Origin: Gammaproteobacteria bacterium
GTDB lineage: Bacteria; Pseudomonadota; Gammaproteobacteria; JAJFKG01
Length of the DNA stretch: 64,000 nucleotides
Assembly: GCA_965116795.1 (NCBI GenBank)
Contig: OZ220716.1
Span: 842,503-906,502 of the forward strand
Reading direction: 5' to 3'
Shown here: positions 1 through 11,486 of the stretch, one piece after another
Layout of the letters: every line of letters starts with the position of its first letter
Numbering within the stretch: position 1 is the first letter of the stretch
Translations under genes and position numbers: made by a program
The notes under the pieces: generated by a model
Seen by the model: only the letters and a program-made list of their open reading frames with translations
What the model was told of the DNA's origin: nothing
Databases searched by the model: none

Positions 1-2271
1 TTGCTTAGTGTCACTATTAACGCGACTGACGATAACCGTTATTTCATCACCAAGACGGTAACATCGTCTACTGTGCTTGCCAATTAAGCAATGTGTGGTT
101 GCATCAAAGTGATAGTAGTCTTTTGGTAAAGTAGCAATGTGGATTAAGCCATCAATAAAAATATCATCTAATTGAACAAACAAGCCAAAGTTAACCACAC
201 CGGTAATGACTCCCGAATAGCGTTGTCCGATTTTGTCTTGCATAAATTCACACTTTAACCAATCGTTAACATCACGTGTTGCATCATCAGCGCGTCGTTC
301 TGTCATCGAACAATGTTCACCAAGATTTACCATGTCAGCATTGGTGTAAGGAAATTCATCATCTGACTCACGATTAATAATATGTGAAATGGTGCGATGC
401 ACGATTAAATCAGGGTAACGACGGATCGGTGAGGTAAAATGTCCATACGCGTCATAGGCCAGTGCAAAGTGACCTTCATTTTCTGGACCATATACTGCTT
501 GGGTTAACGATCGCAAGATCACCATTTGAATTGACATGGCATCAGCACGAGTCACAACGGTTTGTAATAATTTGGCATAATCAGCTGGTGTTGGTTGTTT
601 ACCGCCACTTAAATTTAAACTAAACATGCCTAAGAATTCGCGTAATTGCGTTAATTTATCTTCACTTGGTTTACTATGAATGCGAAATAATGATGGTTTT
701 TTATGGCGTACTAAGAAACGGGCAGCGCACACATTGGCTGCTAACATGCATTCTTCGATGATGCGATGCGCAACAGTGCGTTTACGAATTTTTATAGCAC
801 TGATCTGTCCTTGATCGTCGAATTCAAAATACGGTTCATTAAATTCAAAATCAATAGCCCCACGAGTTGATCGAACAGTCAGTAATATTTGATACAATGT
901 GTGCAATTGCTGTAAATGTTGGTTCAAATCTACATATTGTTTTGCCGCTTGACTGTGCTGATCAGTGAGTAAGTCAGAGACTTCATCGTAAGTTAAGCGT
1001 GCATGTGAATGGATAACCGCGTGATAAAAGCGTGAGCGAGTGATCTTACCACTGCTATTGATTGCCATTTCACAGACTAAACATAATCTGTCGACATTAG
1101 GACGCAGTGAACACAGACCATTAGACAATGCTTCAGGCAACATTGGAATTACCTGTCCGGGGAAATACACAGAATTTCCCCGTTGTTGAGCTTCATGATC
1201 TAAGGGGCTGTTGGGTTTGACATAATAACTGACATCAGCGATGGCAACGTATAACTGCCAGCCGCCTTTTGGATTGACTTCACAGTAAATAGCATCATCA
1301 AAATCTTTGGCATCGGCACCGTCGATGGTTACAAACGGTAATTTGCGTAAGTCACGGCGTTCGTTTATTGTCGTTGTAGAGACATGATCAGGTAATGTCG
1401 CTGCTTGAGTTGATGCAGCCTCAGGCCAGCGAAAGGGTAACTGATAACTGCGGATCGCAATGTCAGTGATTAACTCAAGTTGATGTTCTGATTCTAATAC
1501 TTCGCTGATTTTTGCAATGGGATGTTGATGTAAACCCGGTTGCTGAATAAGTGTAGCTGCAACGCTTTGTCCAGGGGTAACCGATAGTGAGCTGTTGTTA
1601 GTGACAGTAATCGTACGAGCAATACGTTTGTTACTTGGTGTAATAAAGCCAATCCCACTTTCTTCGTGATATTTACCCACTATTTCTTGAGTATTGTGAC
1701 TTAATACCTCGACGATTGTTGCTTCTTGACGACCACGTCGATCGATACAAGCAACACGTACTAATACATCATCATCATGTAATACTTGACGCATTTCATT
1801 GGCACTTAAAAATAGATCAGGACCATCACTATCATGTCGATTAACAAAACCATAACCATCGCGGTGTCCAATGACTCGTCCACGAATTAACTCGAGTTGA
1901 TCAATTACACAATACTGGCTTTTGCGATTTTTTAATAATTGCCCATCGCGTTGCATTGCGCGTAAACGCCGTTTTAATGCATCTAGTCTATCCGGTGCAA
2001 ATAACTTAAGTGCGTTAGCGATTTGTTTAAATAAAACAGGTTGGCCAGCATGAGATAGATAATCTAAGATATGTTCTCGTGATGGGATTGGATCAGCATA
2101 GTTTTTTGCTTCTCTGTCTGCAAACGGATCAAAGCGTTGTTGCCATTGTTTGCTAAGGTCAGTCTTTTTAGAACGACTGGCTGACTTACGTGAGGATTTA
2201 TCTTGCTTAGGCGTCGTTTTTTTCTTACGTTTACTGTTGTGAGATTTGCCTGTCGACTTAGATGGTTTCAT
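1..2271 (-). CDS. rnr: Ribonuclease R (3' end runs off the window)
   Basis: Manual translation from ATG at 2271: MKPSKSTGK...DPFADREAKNYADPIPSREHILDYL...GHRDGYGF...TIDGADAKDFDDA...HFTSPIRRYPDL (RNB domain), then S1 region; follows purA as is typical. Absent from the ORF track because it is truncated. Confidence 0.96.
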   Translation of the reverse strand, partial: MKPSKSTGKSHNSKRKKKTTPKQDKSSRKSASRSKKTDLSKQWQQRFDPFADREAKNYADPIPSREHILDYLSHAGQPVLFKQIANALKLFAPDRLDALKRRLRAMQRDGQLLKNRKSQYCVIDQLELIRGRVIGHRDGYGFVNRHDSDGPDLFLSANEMRQVLHDDDVLVRVACIDRRGRQEATIVEVLSHNTQEIVGKYHEESGIGFITPSNKRIARTITVTNNSSLSVTPGQSVAATLIQQPGLHQHPIAKISEVLESEHQLELITDIAIRSYQLPFRWPEAASTQAATLPDHVSTTTINERRDLRKLPFVTIDGADAKDFDDAIYCEVNPKGGWQLYVAIADVSYYVKPNSPLDHEAQQRGNSVYFPGQVIPMLPEALSNGLCSLRPNVDRLCLVCEMAINSSGKITRSRFYHAVIHSHARLTYDEVSDLLTDQHSQAAKQYVDLNQHLQQLHTLYQILLTVRSTRGAIDFEFNEPYFEFDDQGQISAIKIRKRTVAHRIIEECMLAANVCAARFLVRHKKPSLFRIHSKPSEDKLTQLREFLGMFSLNLSGGKQPTPADYAKLLQTVVTRADAMSIQMVILRSLTQAVYGPENEGHFALAYDAYGHFTSPIRRYPDLIVHRTISHIINRESDDEFPYTNADMVNLGEHCSMTERRADDATRDVNDWLKCEFMQDKIGQRYSGVITGVVNFGLFVQLDDIFIDGLIHIATLPKDYYHFDATTHCLIGKHSRRCYRLGDEITVIVSRVNSDTKQ

Positions 2272-2362
2272 ATTGCTGGTGTTGTTTACTCGATTGATTG
2301 ATAGTTCAGTATAACATTGTCATTGTGCCACACAAAATTTTGATATTATTGATAGGTGTTAT

Positions 2363-2391
2363 TTGACAAGATAATATATCAACGCTAAATT
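2363..2391 (+). promoter_or_regulatory. Probable sigma70 promoter of tRNA-Leu
   Basis: TTGACA-17bp-TAAATT, 12 bp upstream of the tRNA. Confidence 0.6.
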
Positions 2392-2403
2392 GCCTGTCCA
2401 TTT

Positions 2404-2490
2404 GCCGAGGTGGTGAAATTGGTAGACACGCAAGCTTCAGGTGCTTGTGGGGGTAGCTCCGTGGAGGTTCGAGTCCTCTCCTCGGCACCA
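2404..2490 (+). tRNA. tRNA-Leu (CAG)
   Basis: GCCGAGG acceptor stem pairs with CCTCGGC-ACCA; D-loop GGTGAAATTGGTAGAC; anticodon arm CAAGC-TT-CAG-GT-GCTTG; long variable arm; GGTTCGAGTCC T-arm; encoded CCA. Confidence 0.97.
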
Positions 2491-2512
2491 TTGGGCTGTT
2501 ATTTAAAGCGAA

Positions 2513-3871
<1,359 letters not shown>

Positions 3872-3904
3872 TTAGACATAAATTAAAAAGCTGGGGAATG
3901 TTGA

Positions 3905-4108
3905 TCATACAATGTGATGTACAATAACTAAAACAAGTGCGCCGGCGATCATCATGGTTAAACCCATGCGGCGTAATGCCACATCGTTATAGTCACTGAG
4001 TGTGCGTACCAATTTACGCCAGCATTCTGGACACAATGCCGGTAAAAAGCCTTCAATGACCAACACCAATGCGATCACTGACCAAAAGAAATCCCAAAAT
4101 GTTATCAC
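3905..4108 (-). CDS. DUF2065 (YjeT-like) small membrane protein
   Basis: ALVLVIEG...P..W...LRRMG pattern; conserved position between hflC and purA. Confidence 0.88.
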   Translation of the reverse strand: MITFWDFFWSVIALVLVIEGFLPALCPECWRKLVRTLSDYNDVALRRMGLTMMIAGALVLVIVHHIV

Positions 4109-4126
4109 GATATGTGCCTTACTAAT

Positions 4127-5095
4127 TTATCCAGTCGTCTTTTTAGCTTTGCCATTAGCATTATTAAAGTATTTGAAGAATTGACTGTCTGGATTGATGA
4201 CGACGATGTCATTTTTATTATTAAAACTGCTGGTATAGGCTTGTGTACTGCGTAAGAATGCGTAAAATTCAGTGTCTTTAGAATACGCATCTGCATAAAT
4301 TTGCGTAGCGGTGGCATCACCTTCAGCACGCACTTTAGCCGCAGTGGCTTTAGCTTTCGCTAAGATCACCCGCACATTTGCATCGGCTTGAGCACGCACT
4401 TTCTCAGCAACAGCTTGTCCACTGGCGCGGTGTTTAGCTGCTACTTGTTCACGCTCAGTAGCCATGCGTTGAAATACCGATGTGCTCACTGCTGTGGGTA
4501 AATCAATGCGTTTCACCCGTACATCAACCACGTCCACACCTAACGTTGATGCACTTTTATTGGCTTCTTGCTGTAAGGTTGACATGATATCACCACGTTC
4601 AGCAGAAACGACTTCAGTAATCGTATGTAAACCAAATTGTGCGCGTAAACTATCATTGATTTTTTGTTGAATTAGGTTATCAGCACGGTTGGAATTACCA
4701 CCGGTTCTTGTGTAGTACAATGGCACATTCTGAATCCGCCATTTTGCGTAATAGTCGACGATTACGTATTTTTGCTCTGCAGTTAAAATACGCGATGATT
4801 TAGCATCTAAGGTTAGTAATCGACTGCTAAAGCGATGTACGGTTTCAATAAATGGAATTTTGACATGCAACCCAGGTTGATAGATTTTTGCATCAGCAAA
4901 CAATTCTGGACTGATTGATTCGTCGTCCGTGTTATTGGTTGGTACCACTTTGGTATTACCAGATGTTGTTACAATCTTACCAAAGCGCAGAATAATCGCA
5001 CGTTGATCTTGACGCACGGTAAATAATGTACTTGATAGTATAAACAAGAGTACAATAAACCCAATTAATATTGGCATTAGTTTGTTAGTGTTCAT
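4127..5095 (-). CDS. hflC: FtsH protease modulator HflC
   Basis: N-terminal TM, SPFH domain, PGLHVKIPFIE, VRVKRIDLP, FYAFLRS; follows hflK. Confidence 0.96.
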   Translation of the reverse strand: MNTNKLMPILIGFIVLLFILSSTLFTVRQDQRAIILRFGKIVTTSGNTKVVPTNNTDDESISPELFADAKIYQPGLHVKIPFIETVHRFSSRLLTLDAKSSRILTAEQKYVIVDYYAKWRIQNVPLYYTRTGGNSNRADNLIQQKINDSLRAQFGLHTITEVVSAERGDIMSTLQQEANKSASTLGVDVVDVRVKRIDLPTAVSTSVFQRMATEREQVAAKHRASGQAVAEKVRAQADANVRVILAKAKATAAKVRAEGDATATQIYADAYSKDTEFYAFLRSTQAYTSSFNNKNDIVVINPDSQFFKYFNNANGKAKKTTG

Positions 5096-6318
5096 GAGCG
5101 TTCTCCAACATGGCTGTCAGGATTATACGTTTGTCCACGTGTAGGTCGTGTTGAACGAGTTACATTACTATTGCTAGTACGCAAGGGCACATTAACTTGA
5201 TGGGTTTGTTGTGCTATCTCAGACAACAATGCGTTTGTTTGTTTATTAGTATTATCGTTGCGCGGAGGTTGTTGCTGGATGATTTTATCTAAGGGTAAAT
5301 ACAACATATTGTTACTACCATGCACATCAACTAATACTTTCGTACTACGGTTTAACACAGTTTGAATGGCATCTAAATACAAACGTTCGCGGGTAATACC
5401 TGGTGCACGTCGATAAGCAGGTAAGATTGCTAAGTAACCAGCTGTATTTCCTTTAGCAGCGAATACAGTTTGACTTTTATATGCAGTAGCTTCTTGTAAT
5501 AAACGTTGTGCTTGTCCTTGTGCGATGGGTTCAACTCGATTGGCATATGCTTGTGCTTTATTAATAAAGCGTTGCTCATCTTCACGTGCTTTAATCGCAT
5601 CATCAAATGCCTCAGTAACCGCTTCAGGTGGTTTAGCCGGTTGCAAGGTCACATCAGTAATTTCTAAACCAGTTTGGTATGATTGCGTTAGCATGCTCAA
5701 TTGTTTATATACATCTTCACGGATTTGCGCACGTCCAGATGTTAGTGTGGCATCAAGCGTTTGGCTACCGATGACTTGACGCAACGCGCTAGCAGTTGCT
5801 TCTTGTAGACTTTGTCTGGGATTATCTACCTTCAACAAGAAGTCTTCTGGATTATTAACCCGATATTGCACAACTAAGGCAACATCAACGATGTTCTCAT
5901 CTTTAGTTAACATTTCTGATTGGTATGGAAATTCAGCAATTTCTTGTGTATTGACTTTATAGGCAGCTTCGATGATCCGCGGGATCCAATGAATGCCGGG
6001 CCCAAGGGTTTCACTGTATTTCCCAAAACGTAAAATCACTGCATTTTCAGCAGCGCCAACGATGAAGATCCCAGATAATACCCATAAGATTAGTGCACCG
6101 ATCCCAATTAAACTAATGATGGCCACTGTGCCACGGGTACCGTCACTACTATTGTTATCACCCTGCTTATTGCCACCACTAAACAAGCCAGCCAGGGATT
6201 GTTTGAGTTTTTTTAACATCTCATCTAAATCAGGTGGTTCATCTTTAGATGATTTATTGCGATTCCATGGATCGCGATTGCCACCCTGTTGATTATTTCC
6301 CGGCTCATTCCACGGCAT
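5092..6318 (-). CDS. hflK: FtsH protease modulator HflK
   Basis: Start moved to MPWNEPG (ATG 6318); PPDLDE, MLTKDENIV, AFDDAIKAREDE motifs. Confidence 0.96.
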   Translation of the reverse strand: MPWNEPGNNQQGGNRDPWNRNKSSKDEPPDLDEMLKKLKQSLAGLFSGGNKQGDNNSSDGTRGTVAIISLIGIGALILWVLSGIFIVGAAENAVILRFGKYSETLGPGIHWIPRIIEAAYKVNTQEIAEFPYQSEMLTKDENIVDVALVVQYRVNNPEDFLLKVDNPRQSLQEATASALRQVIGSQTLDATLTSGRAQIREDVYKQLSMLTQSYQTGLEITDVTLQPAKPPEAVTEAFDDAIKAREDEQRFINKAQAYANRVEPIAQGQAQRLLQEATAYKSQTVFAAKGNTAGYLAILPAYRRAPGITRERLYLDAIQTVLNRSTKVLVDVHGSNNMLYLPLDKIIQQQPPRNDNTNKQTNALLSEIAQQTHQVNVPLRTSNSNVTRSTRPTRGQTYNPDSHVGERS

Positions 6319-6515
6319 GTAGTTGCTCCATTTTAGTGAATTTGCATAGTGCGATTGTCTGAATACTGATTGCAAAGACAAACCCAGTGCCAATTCTATG
6401 TGTCCCTACCCATCGTCGCAAGCATTCGCGTCAAAAAAATGGTTTCAGTAGATTTAGTGTGGCTATTCCAGTTTATTTATTGAGTTGATATTGGGTAAAT
6501 AGTATTGGTTGGCTA

Positions 6516-7778
6516 CTATTTGCACAAAATGGCTTCAAATTCACTGCTGGGTAACCGTATAGTTAATGTAGAGTGCCCATGTTGGTCAATTTGCTCAGCA
6601 AGCACAGCTTGCATTTGATATAATGTAGCGCGTAATTTACCTTCAGTAACCGGTAAACACACATCGCCGATCCGCATATCTTGACGTAATAATAATCCAA
6701 TCGCATCAATTAATTCATTAATGCCTTGTGTCCTTGTTGCGCTAATCCATACTCGTTTAGCACGGCGTACGTGCGTGCTTTCCTCCCATTCGATGCCATA
6801 CATTGTGTTGGGTAAACAATCGGCTTTATTAAATACGGGTAAACACATGACTTGCTCGGCACTAATTTCATTGAGTACTGAGTTAACTTGTTCAATGTTA
6901 TCTTCGCGTCCATTGGCGCTGGCATCAATAACATGTAATAGTAAATCAGCTTGACAGACTTCTTCTAATGTTGCGTGAAATGCGTTGATTAATTCATGTG
7001 GTAGGTGGCGAATAAAGCCAACAGTATCAGCAATAATAACAGGTCCTATGCCAGGGACAGTGATTCGCCTCAACGTTGGATCTAACGTTGCAAAAACTTG
7101 ATCTGCAGCATAAACACGTGCTTGAGTTAATTGATTAAACAACGTAGATTTGCCAGCATTGGTATAACCGACTAATGCAACGGTTGGTATGGCTTTACGT
7201 TGACGCGCGCGTCGGCTTAATGTTCGTTGTGTTTTCACTTTATCTAAACGTTGCTGAATAGTTTTAATCCGTGCTCGCAATAATCGTCTGTCAGTTTCTA
7301 ATTGGGTTTCACCAGGTCCACGTAAACCAATACCCCCTTTTTGACGTTCTAAGTGAGTCCAACCACGGACTAAACGGGTTGATAAATGCCGTAGCTGAGC
7401 TAATTCAACTTGCAGTTTCCCTTCAAATGTTCGTGCACGTGTGGCAAAAATTGCCAGGATTAAATCGGTGCGATCAATAACACGTACACTGCATAGGCGT
7501 TCAATGTTGCGTACTTGGCCAGTGGATAAGGCGTGATTAAATAACACAACACTAGGCTTGTGCTGCTCAACAATAGTCTTTAATTCATCCGCTTTACCGC
7601 GTCCGATAAAATATTTTGGATCAGGAATATCACGAGTAGTGGTTAGGCAATCTATACTGACTAACCCTGCTGATGCAGCAAGTTGTTGGCACTCATGCAA
7701 ATCTTCTTGTTGGTGACGTTCATGTAAATTAACATGCACAATAACCACAGTTTCTGCAGGAGGTTGTTGTTCAATCAA
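6516..7778 (-). CDS. hflX: GTPase HflX
   Basis: GPGETQLETDRR, GYTNAGKSTLFN, FATLDPT, DTVGFI motifs. Confidence 0.97.
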   Translation of the reverse strand: MIEQQPPAETVVIVHVNLHERHQQEDLHECQQLAASAGLVSIDCLTTTRDIPDPKYFIGRGKADELKTIVEQHKPSVVLFNHALSTGQVRNIERLCSVRVIDRTDLILAIFATRARTFEGKLQVELAQLRHLSTRLVRGWTHLERQKGGIGLRGPGETQLETDRRLLRARIKTIQQRLDKVKTQRTLSRRARQRKAIPTVALVGYTNAGKSTLFNQLTQARVYAADQVFATLDPTLRRITVPGIGPVIIADTVGFIRHLPHELINAFHATLEEVCQADLLLHVIDASANGREDNIEQVNSVLNEISAEQVMCLPVFNKADCLPNTMYGIEWEESTHVRRAKRVWISATRTQGINELIDAIGLLLRQDMRIGDVCLPVTEGKLRATLYQMQAVLAEQIDQHGHSTLTIRLPSSEFEAILCK

Positions 7779-7938
7779 TTTGCTTGCTATCCAGACTATC
7801 GTTTAACGTAACTATGCAACGCGAATTTGACAAAATCTTTAAGAGACCCCAGTTCGGAGTTTTAACGGATAGTATAAAAGGAATGTGACTACTTTTTCTC
7901 AAAAGTTATTCCTGGATAAGTGTCCGCGACTTCCTTTG

Positions 7939-7964
7939 TACCGTCATCCCGCGGGATGACGGTA
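7939..7964. repeat. CGTC-type REP-like perfect palindrome
   Basis: TACCGTCATCCCG/CGGGATGACGGTA; same core as 24328-24362. Confidence 0.75.
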
Positions 7965-7994
7965 TTTACAACTATGCTGAGTTACTTGATGGTA

Positions 7995-8336
7995 TTAATC
8001 CATCCCTTCGACTGAATATGTGCCGTGCTGTTCATTGTCTTTAATTGTATCGCCGCGTTGTTCACTCGCTTTATATGTTTCGTCATTGGTTGTCATGCGT
8101 ACACTACGGGTTGGTACCACCGTTGAGATAGCATGTTTGTATACCATTTGATTGACTTGGTTGCCTTGACTACCTGTGTTTTTCAGCAAAATGGCAAATT
8201 GATCAAATGATTCAATTTGTCCGCTTAGTTTAATCCCATTCACGAGATAAACTGAAACAGGGATCTTCTCTCTCCTTAAGATGTTTAGCAAAGGGTCTTG
8301 TAAGGATTGCCCTTTTGACAATTGTCCTTTTGACAT
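7995..8336 (-). CDS. hfq: RNA chaperone Hfq
   Basis: Start at ATG 8336 with RBS AAGGAG; [37 protein letters not shown]. Confidence 0.97.
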   Translation of the reverse strand: MSKGQLSKGQSLQDPLLNILRREKIPVSVYLVNGIKLSGQIESFDQFAILLKNTGSQGNQVNQMVYKHAISTVVPTRSVRMTTNDETYKASEQRGDTIKDNEQHGTYSVEGMD

Positions 8337-8383
8337 AAGTATCTCCTTATAGTTTTGTTCACCATCACCGCTATGCGAGTTTA

Positions 8384-8510
8384 TATTACTCTTCGCGTTT
8401 AAATTTAGGCTTTGTTGGCTGCGCCTTCTCACAAAAGTCATGTATTTCAATACACTCCTGTTGATTCGAAAGCTTGCCGCCTCGCCTAAATTCAAAACGC
8501 TTTGAGTATA
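8384..8510. mobile_element. ERIC-like ~127-bp palindromic MITE, copy A (hfq leader)
   Basis: TACTC...GAGTATA ends; nearly identical to 53923-54049; minus strand reads GGCGGCAAG...GAATC..CAGGAGTGTATTGAAATACATGAC...GCAGCCAACA, the motif order of ERIC. Confidence 0.85.
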
Positions 8511-8621
8511 TCTTTCAGTTTGCTCTTAAAATACATTGAGCATAATGTTGATAACAACACAAGCGGATCGCCCTCTTAGACTTGGCAGAGAGCTAAGCAG
8601 TGCCCGGCCAAGATGAGGCGC

Positions 8622-8651
8622 AGTGTACCATAGCCATTACAGTAGAGACAA
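8622..8651 (-). promoter_or_regulatory. Candidate hfq promoter
   Basis: Minus strand TTGTCT-18bp-TACACT with TG at the extended -10 position, followed by GC-rich GCGCC. Confidence 0.4.
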
Positions 8652-8718
8652 TGGTGGGATACACAAAATCAGTAGGTTGAGTGTTAAGGTGGGTAATCAA
8701 TACTCGACTATTTTATTA

Positions 8719-9684
8719 TTAATCAACTAATTTATTGGTTATTCCTTTAATAATTAATGACAGTGTTTCTGGTGAATCTATTTGAATTTGCTCGATAGGA
8801 TCACGTGTTGGCCAGTGGCGTAACCAGGTTAACTGGCGTTTTGCCAATTGTCGCGTGGCGATAATCGCGGCGTCTACCATGCGTGCATGATCGATTTCGC
8901 CTGCTAAATATTGCCATACTTGTCGATAGCCTACCGATCGCATTGCTGGTAAATCTGCATGCACATCATCACGTTGATAAAATTGTTCCACTTCGTCAAT
9001 TAATCCATCGGCCAACATCGTTTGAAACCGTGTTGCAATGCGTTGATGCAATAGTGCGCGCGTATTGGGTTGTAAACTGATACATTGAATTGGCCAAGGT
9101 GGTGGTGTTTGACACGTCATATCATCTTGCCAATAAGCACTACGCGTTTTGCCTGTGGTTAAATACACTTCTAGCGCACGTTGGATCCGCTGGGTGTCAC
9201 TGGGATGAATACGTTCAGCACTGTCAGGATCAACGTCAGCTAACCATGCATGCATTGCTGGCCAGCCAATGGTTGCAGCACGTTGGGTTAATTCAGCACG
9301 CATGCTGGGATTTGCACTCGGTAGTGCTGATAATCCAAATAATAGTGCACGAAAATATAACATCGTACCGCCCACTAATAATGGGATCCGATCATGGGCA
9401 CGAATATCGTTAATTAATGTAGTCGCATCAGTTTGAAATTGTGCAGCAGAATAAGCCGTTGTGACATCACATATATCGATTAAATGATGGGGAATACGAT
9501 TACGGATAATATGATCAGGTTTGGCAGTACCAATGTCCATACCACGGTATACTTGTGCAGAATCAACGCTAATGATCTCGCAGGGTACTTGTTCAGCTAG
9601 CGATAATGCTAATGCGGTTTTACCACTGCCCGTCGGGCCAAATAGACATAGTACCGGTAAAGAAGTTGTAGAATAATCAATCAT
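8719..9684 (-). CDS. miaA: tRNA dimethylallyltransferase
   Basis: GPTGSGKT, DSAQVYRGMDIGTAKP, VGGTMLY, TRQLAKRQLTW. Confidence 0.97.
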   Translation of the reverse strand: MIDYSTTSLPVLCLFGPTGSGKTALALSLAEQVPCEIISVDSAQVYRGMDIGTAKPDHIIRNRIPHHLIDICDVTTAYSAAQFQTDATTLINDIRAHDRIPLLVGGTMLYFRALLFGLSALPSANPSMRAELTQRAATIGWPAMHAWLADVDPDSAERIHPSDTQRIQRALEVYLTTGKTRSAYWQDDMTCQTPPPWPIQCISLQPNTRALLHQRIATRFQTMLADGLIDEVEQFYQRDDVHADLPAMRSVGYRQVWQYLAGEIDHARMVDAAIIATRQLAKRQLTWLRHWPTRDPIEQIQIDSPETLSLIIKGITNKLVD

Positions 9685-11444
9685 GCAGGTGTTAGTTTTT
9701 TTTGTTTATCAGTGAACCAAGTCTCTACTGTCTGTGGCGTAATGCAATGCTCGTATTGAGTGACTGCTTGCCCTAACTCAGTTGCAATGGTCATGATACG
9801 ATCTATATCGTGTTGTTTAAATGGCTGCTGACATAATTGTGTTTCCGCCGTCTGCGCTAGGGCAGTGATTAATGTTGATAATGCTGATGATGTATCGGAT
9901 CGATCGGCTAATGCGGCGAATACCGTGTCTACTAATGTCGTAGTTGCTACCTGACTTAGTAAAGCTGGAATATGACGAATCGCCAGTGTATTAATGTCTA
10001 GTTCAGTGGCATCGATGCCTAAGCATGTCAATGTGGATTGGTGTTTTGCCCAAATGGCTGCGGTGCTCGTCGTCAGTTGGTAGCGTACGGGCACTAGTAG
10101 TGGTTGCTGTTCAACCTTGCCATTAGTCACTTGTTTCGTTAAGTGTTGTGCTACCCATGCAGAATAAATAAGTTTTGCATCAAGGATAATCAAATTATCA
10201 TTACGTGCTAATAAGATATAATGTGACTTAAAAACACCAATGATAGTGTGGTTAGGGGTGTTAGTTTGGTTAGAGACAGCTGGTTCAGGCACAACTACGG
10301 GTTTAGCCATTGTTGTTGGTTGATGGGTAGTTTTGCCATGGATGTATTGTTGTTTCCAAGTTTCACGTTGGTAATCATCAATAACCGCATTGGCTTGTTG
10401 TGTTGATGTTGTGTTGTCATTATCAATGAGACAGGTTTGTGATGTCTTGTTGAGTACATCTTGTATACTTCTTACGATAAAATCATGTACTAAACGTGCA
10501 TCATGAAAACGCACTTCATGTTTAGTTGGATGCACATTCACATCCACTGTGATCGGATCACAGTTCAGAAATAAAATCACACTCGGGTAACGGCCTGTTG
10601 GTAGGGTATCTGCATAGGCTTGGCGTATTGCATGATTGATCAATTTGTCACGTATTACTCGTCCATTGATAAAACAATATTGACGATCAGTTTGATTGCG
10701 CGCCAATTCTGCACTGGCTATCCAACCGTTTAAGGTTAACGGAGCACGTTCAATGTCAACATGTACACAATGTGTCAAGAAGGCTTTCCCCATTAATGTC
10801 GCAATACGTTTTTCTTTTTCGATAAGAGATGCTGCAATGGGTAAACGCCATACAGTACGCTCGCCATGCATTAACTGAAAACCAATCTCAAATCGACTCA
10901 GTGCAGCACGTCGTACCACTTCTTCAATATGATTAAACTCAGTTTTATCACTGCGTAAGAATTTGCGTCTAGCCGGGATATTATAAAATAGATCATTGAC
11001 GATAATCGTTGTCCCAACAGGGTGAGCAACCGTTGTTACTGATTGCTCAGTTTGGGTTGTATTATGTGTAATTTGATAACCAACATCAGCAGTTGTACTG
11101 CGAGATTGCAAGGTAAAGTGTGACACAGCAGCAATGCTTGCTAAGGCTTCACCACGAAAACCTAAGCTGGTGATAGCATTTAGATCATCTGCAGTGTGAA
11201 TTTTACTGGTTGCATGGCTAGTAATCGCTAATGGTAAATCTACTTTATTAATTCCACCACCATTGTCAGTGACTTGAATGCGTTGCACACCACTTTTATG
11301 AATGGTTATGCTAATTTGCGTTGCACCAGCGTCAATACTGTTTTCAATCAATTCCTTAACTACCGATGCAGGGCGTTCTACCACTTCGCCAGCTGCAATT
11401 TTGTTAGCGAGCGCAGTGGATAGTTTATGTATGATGGGTTCCAT
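9681..11444 (-). CDS. mutL: DNA mismatch repair protein MutL
   Basis: IAAGEVVERPASVVKELIENSIDAGA, GFRGEALASI, VDVNVHPTKHEVRF. Confidence 0.97.
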   Translation of the reverse strand: MEPIIHKLSTALANKIAAGEVVERPASVVKELIENSIDAGATQISITIHKSGVQRIQVTDNGGGINKVDLPLAITSHATSKIHTADDLNAITSLGFRGEALASIAAVSHFTLQSRSTTADVGYQITHNTTQTEQSVTTVAHPVGTTIIVNDLFYNIPARRKFLRSDKTEFNHIEEVVRRAALSRFEIGFQLMHGERTVWRLPIAASLIEKEKRIATLMGKAFLTHCVHVDIERAPLTLNGWIASAELARNQTDRQYCFINGRVIRDKLINHAIRQAYADTLPTGRYPSVILFLNCDPITVDVNVHPTKHEVRFHDARLVHDFIVRSIQDVLNKTSQTCLIDNDNTTSTQQANAVIDDYQRETWKQQYIHGKTTHQPTTMAKPVVVPEPAVSNQTNTPNHTIIGVFKSHYILLARNDNLIILDAKLIYSAWVAQHLTKQVTNGKVEQQPLLVPVRYQLTTSTAAIWAKHQSTLTCLGIDATELDINTLAIRHIPALLSQVATTTLVDTVFAALADRSDTSSALSTLITALAQTAETQLCQQPFKQHDIDRIMTIATELGQAVTQYEHCITPQTVETWFTDKQKKLTPA

Positions 11445-11486
11445 TTGCCTGTCTCCTGTATGTTGCTGTTAGTGTTAAACAGTGTG

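Noticed and set aside
2306-2491. 61-aa ORF (MVPRRGLEPPR...)
   Set aside because: It is the antisense translation of tRNA-Leu.
7838-7870. Similarity of AAGAGACCCCAGTTC to 31099-31115 AAGAACCCCAGTTC
   Set aside because: Too short to call a repeat family from two hits.
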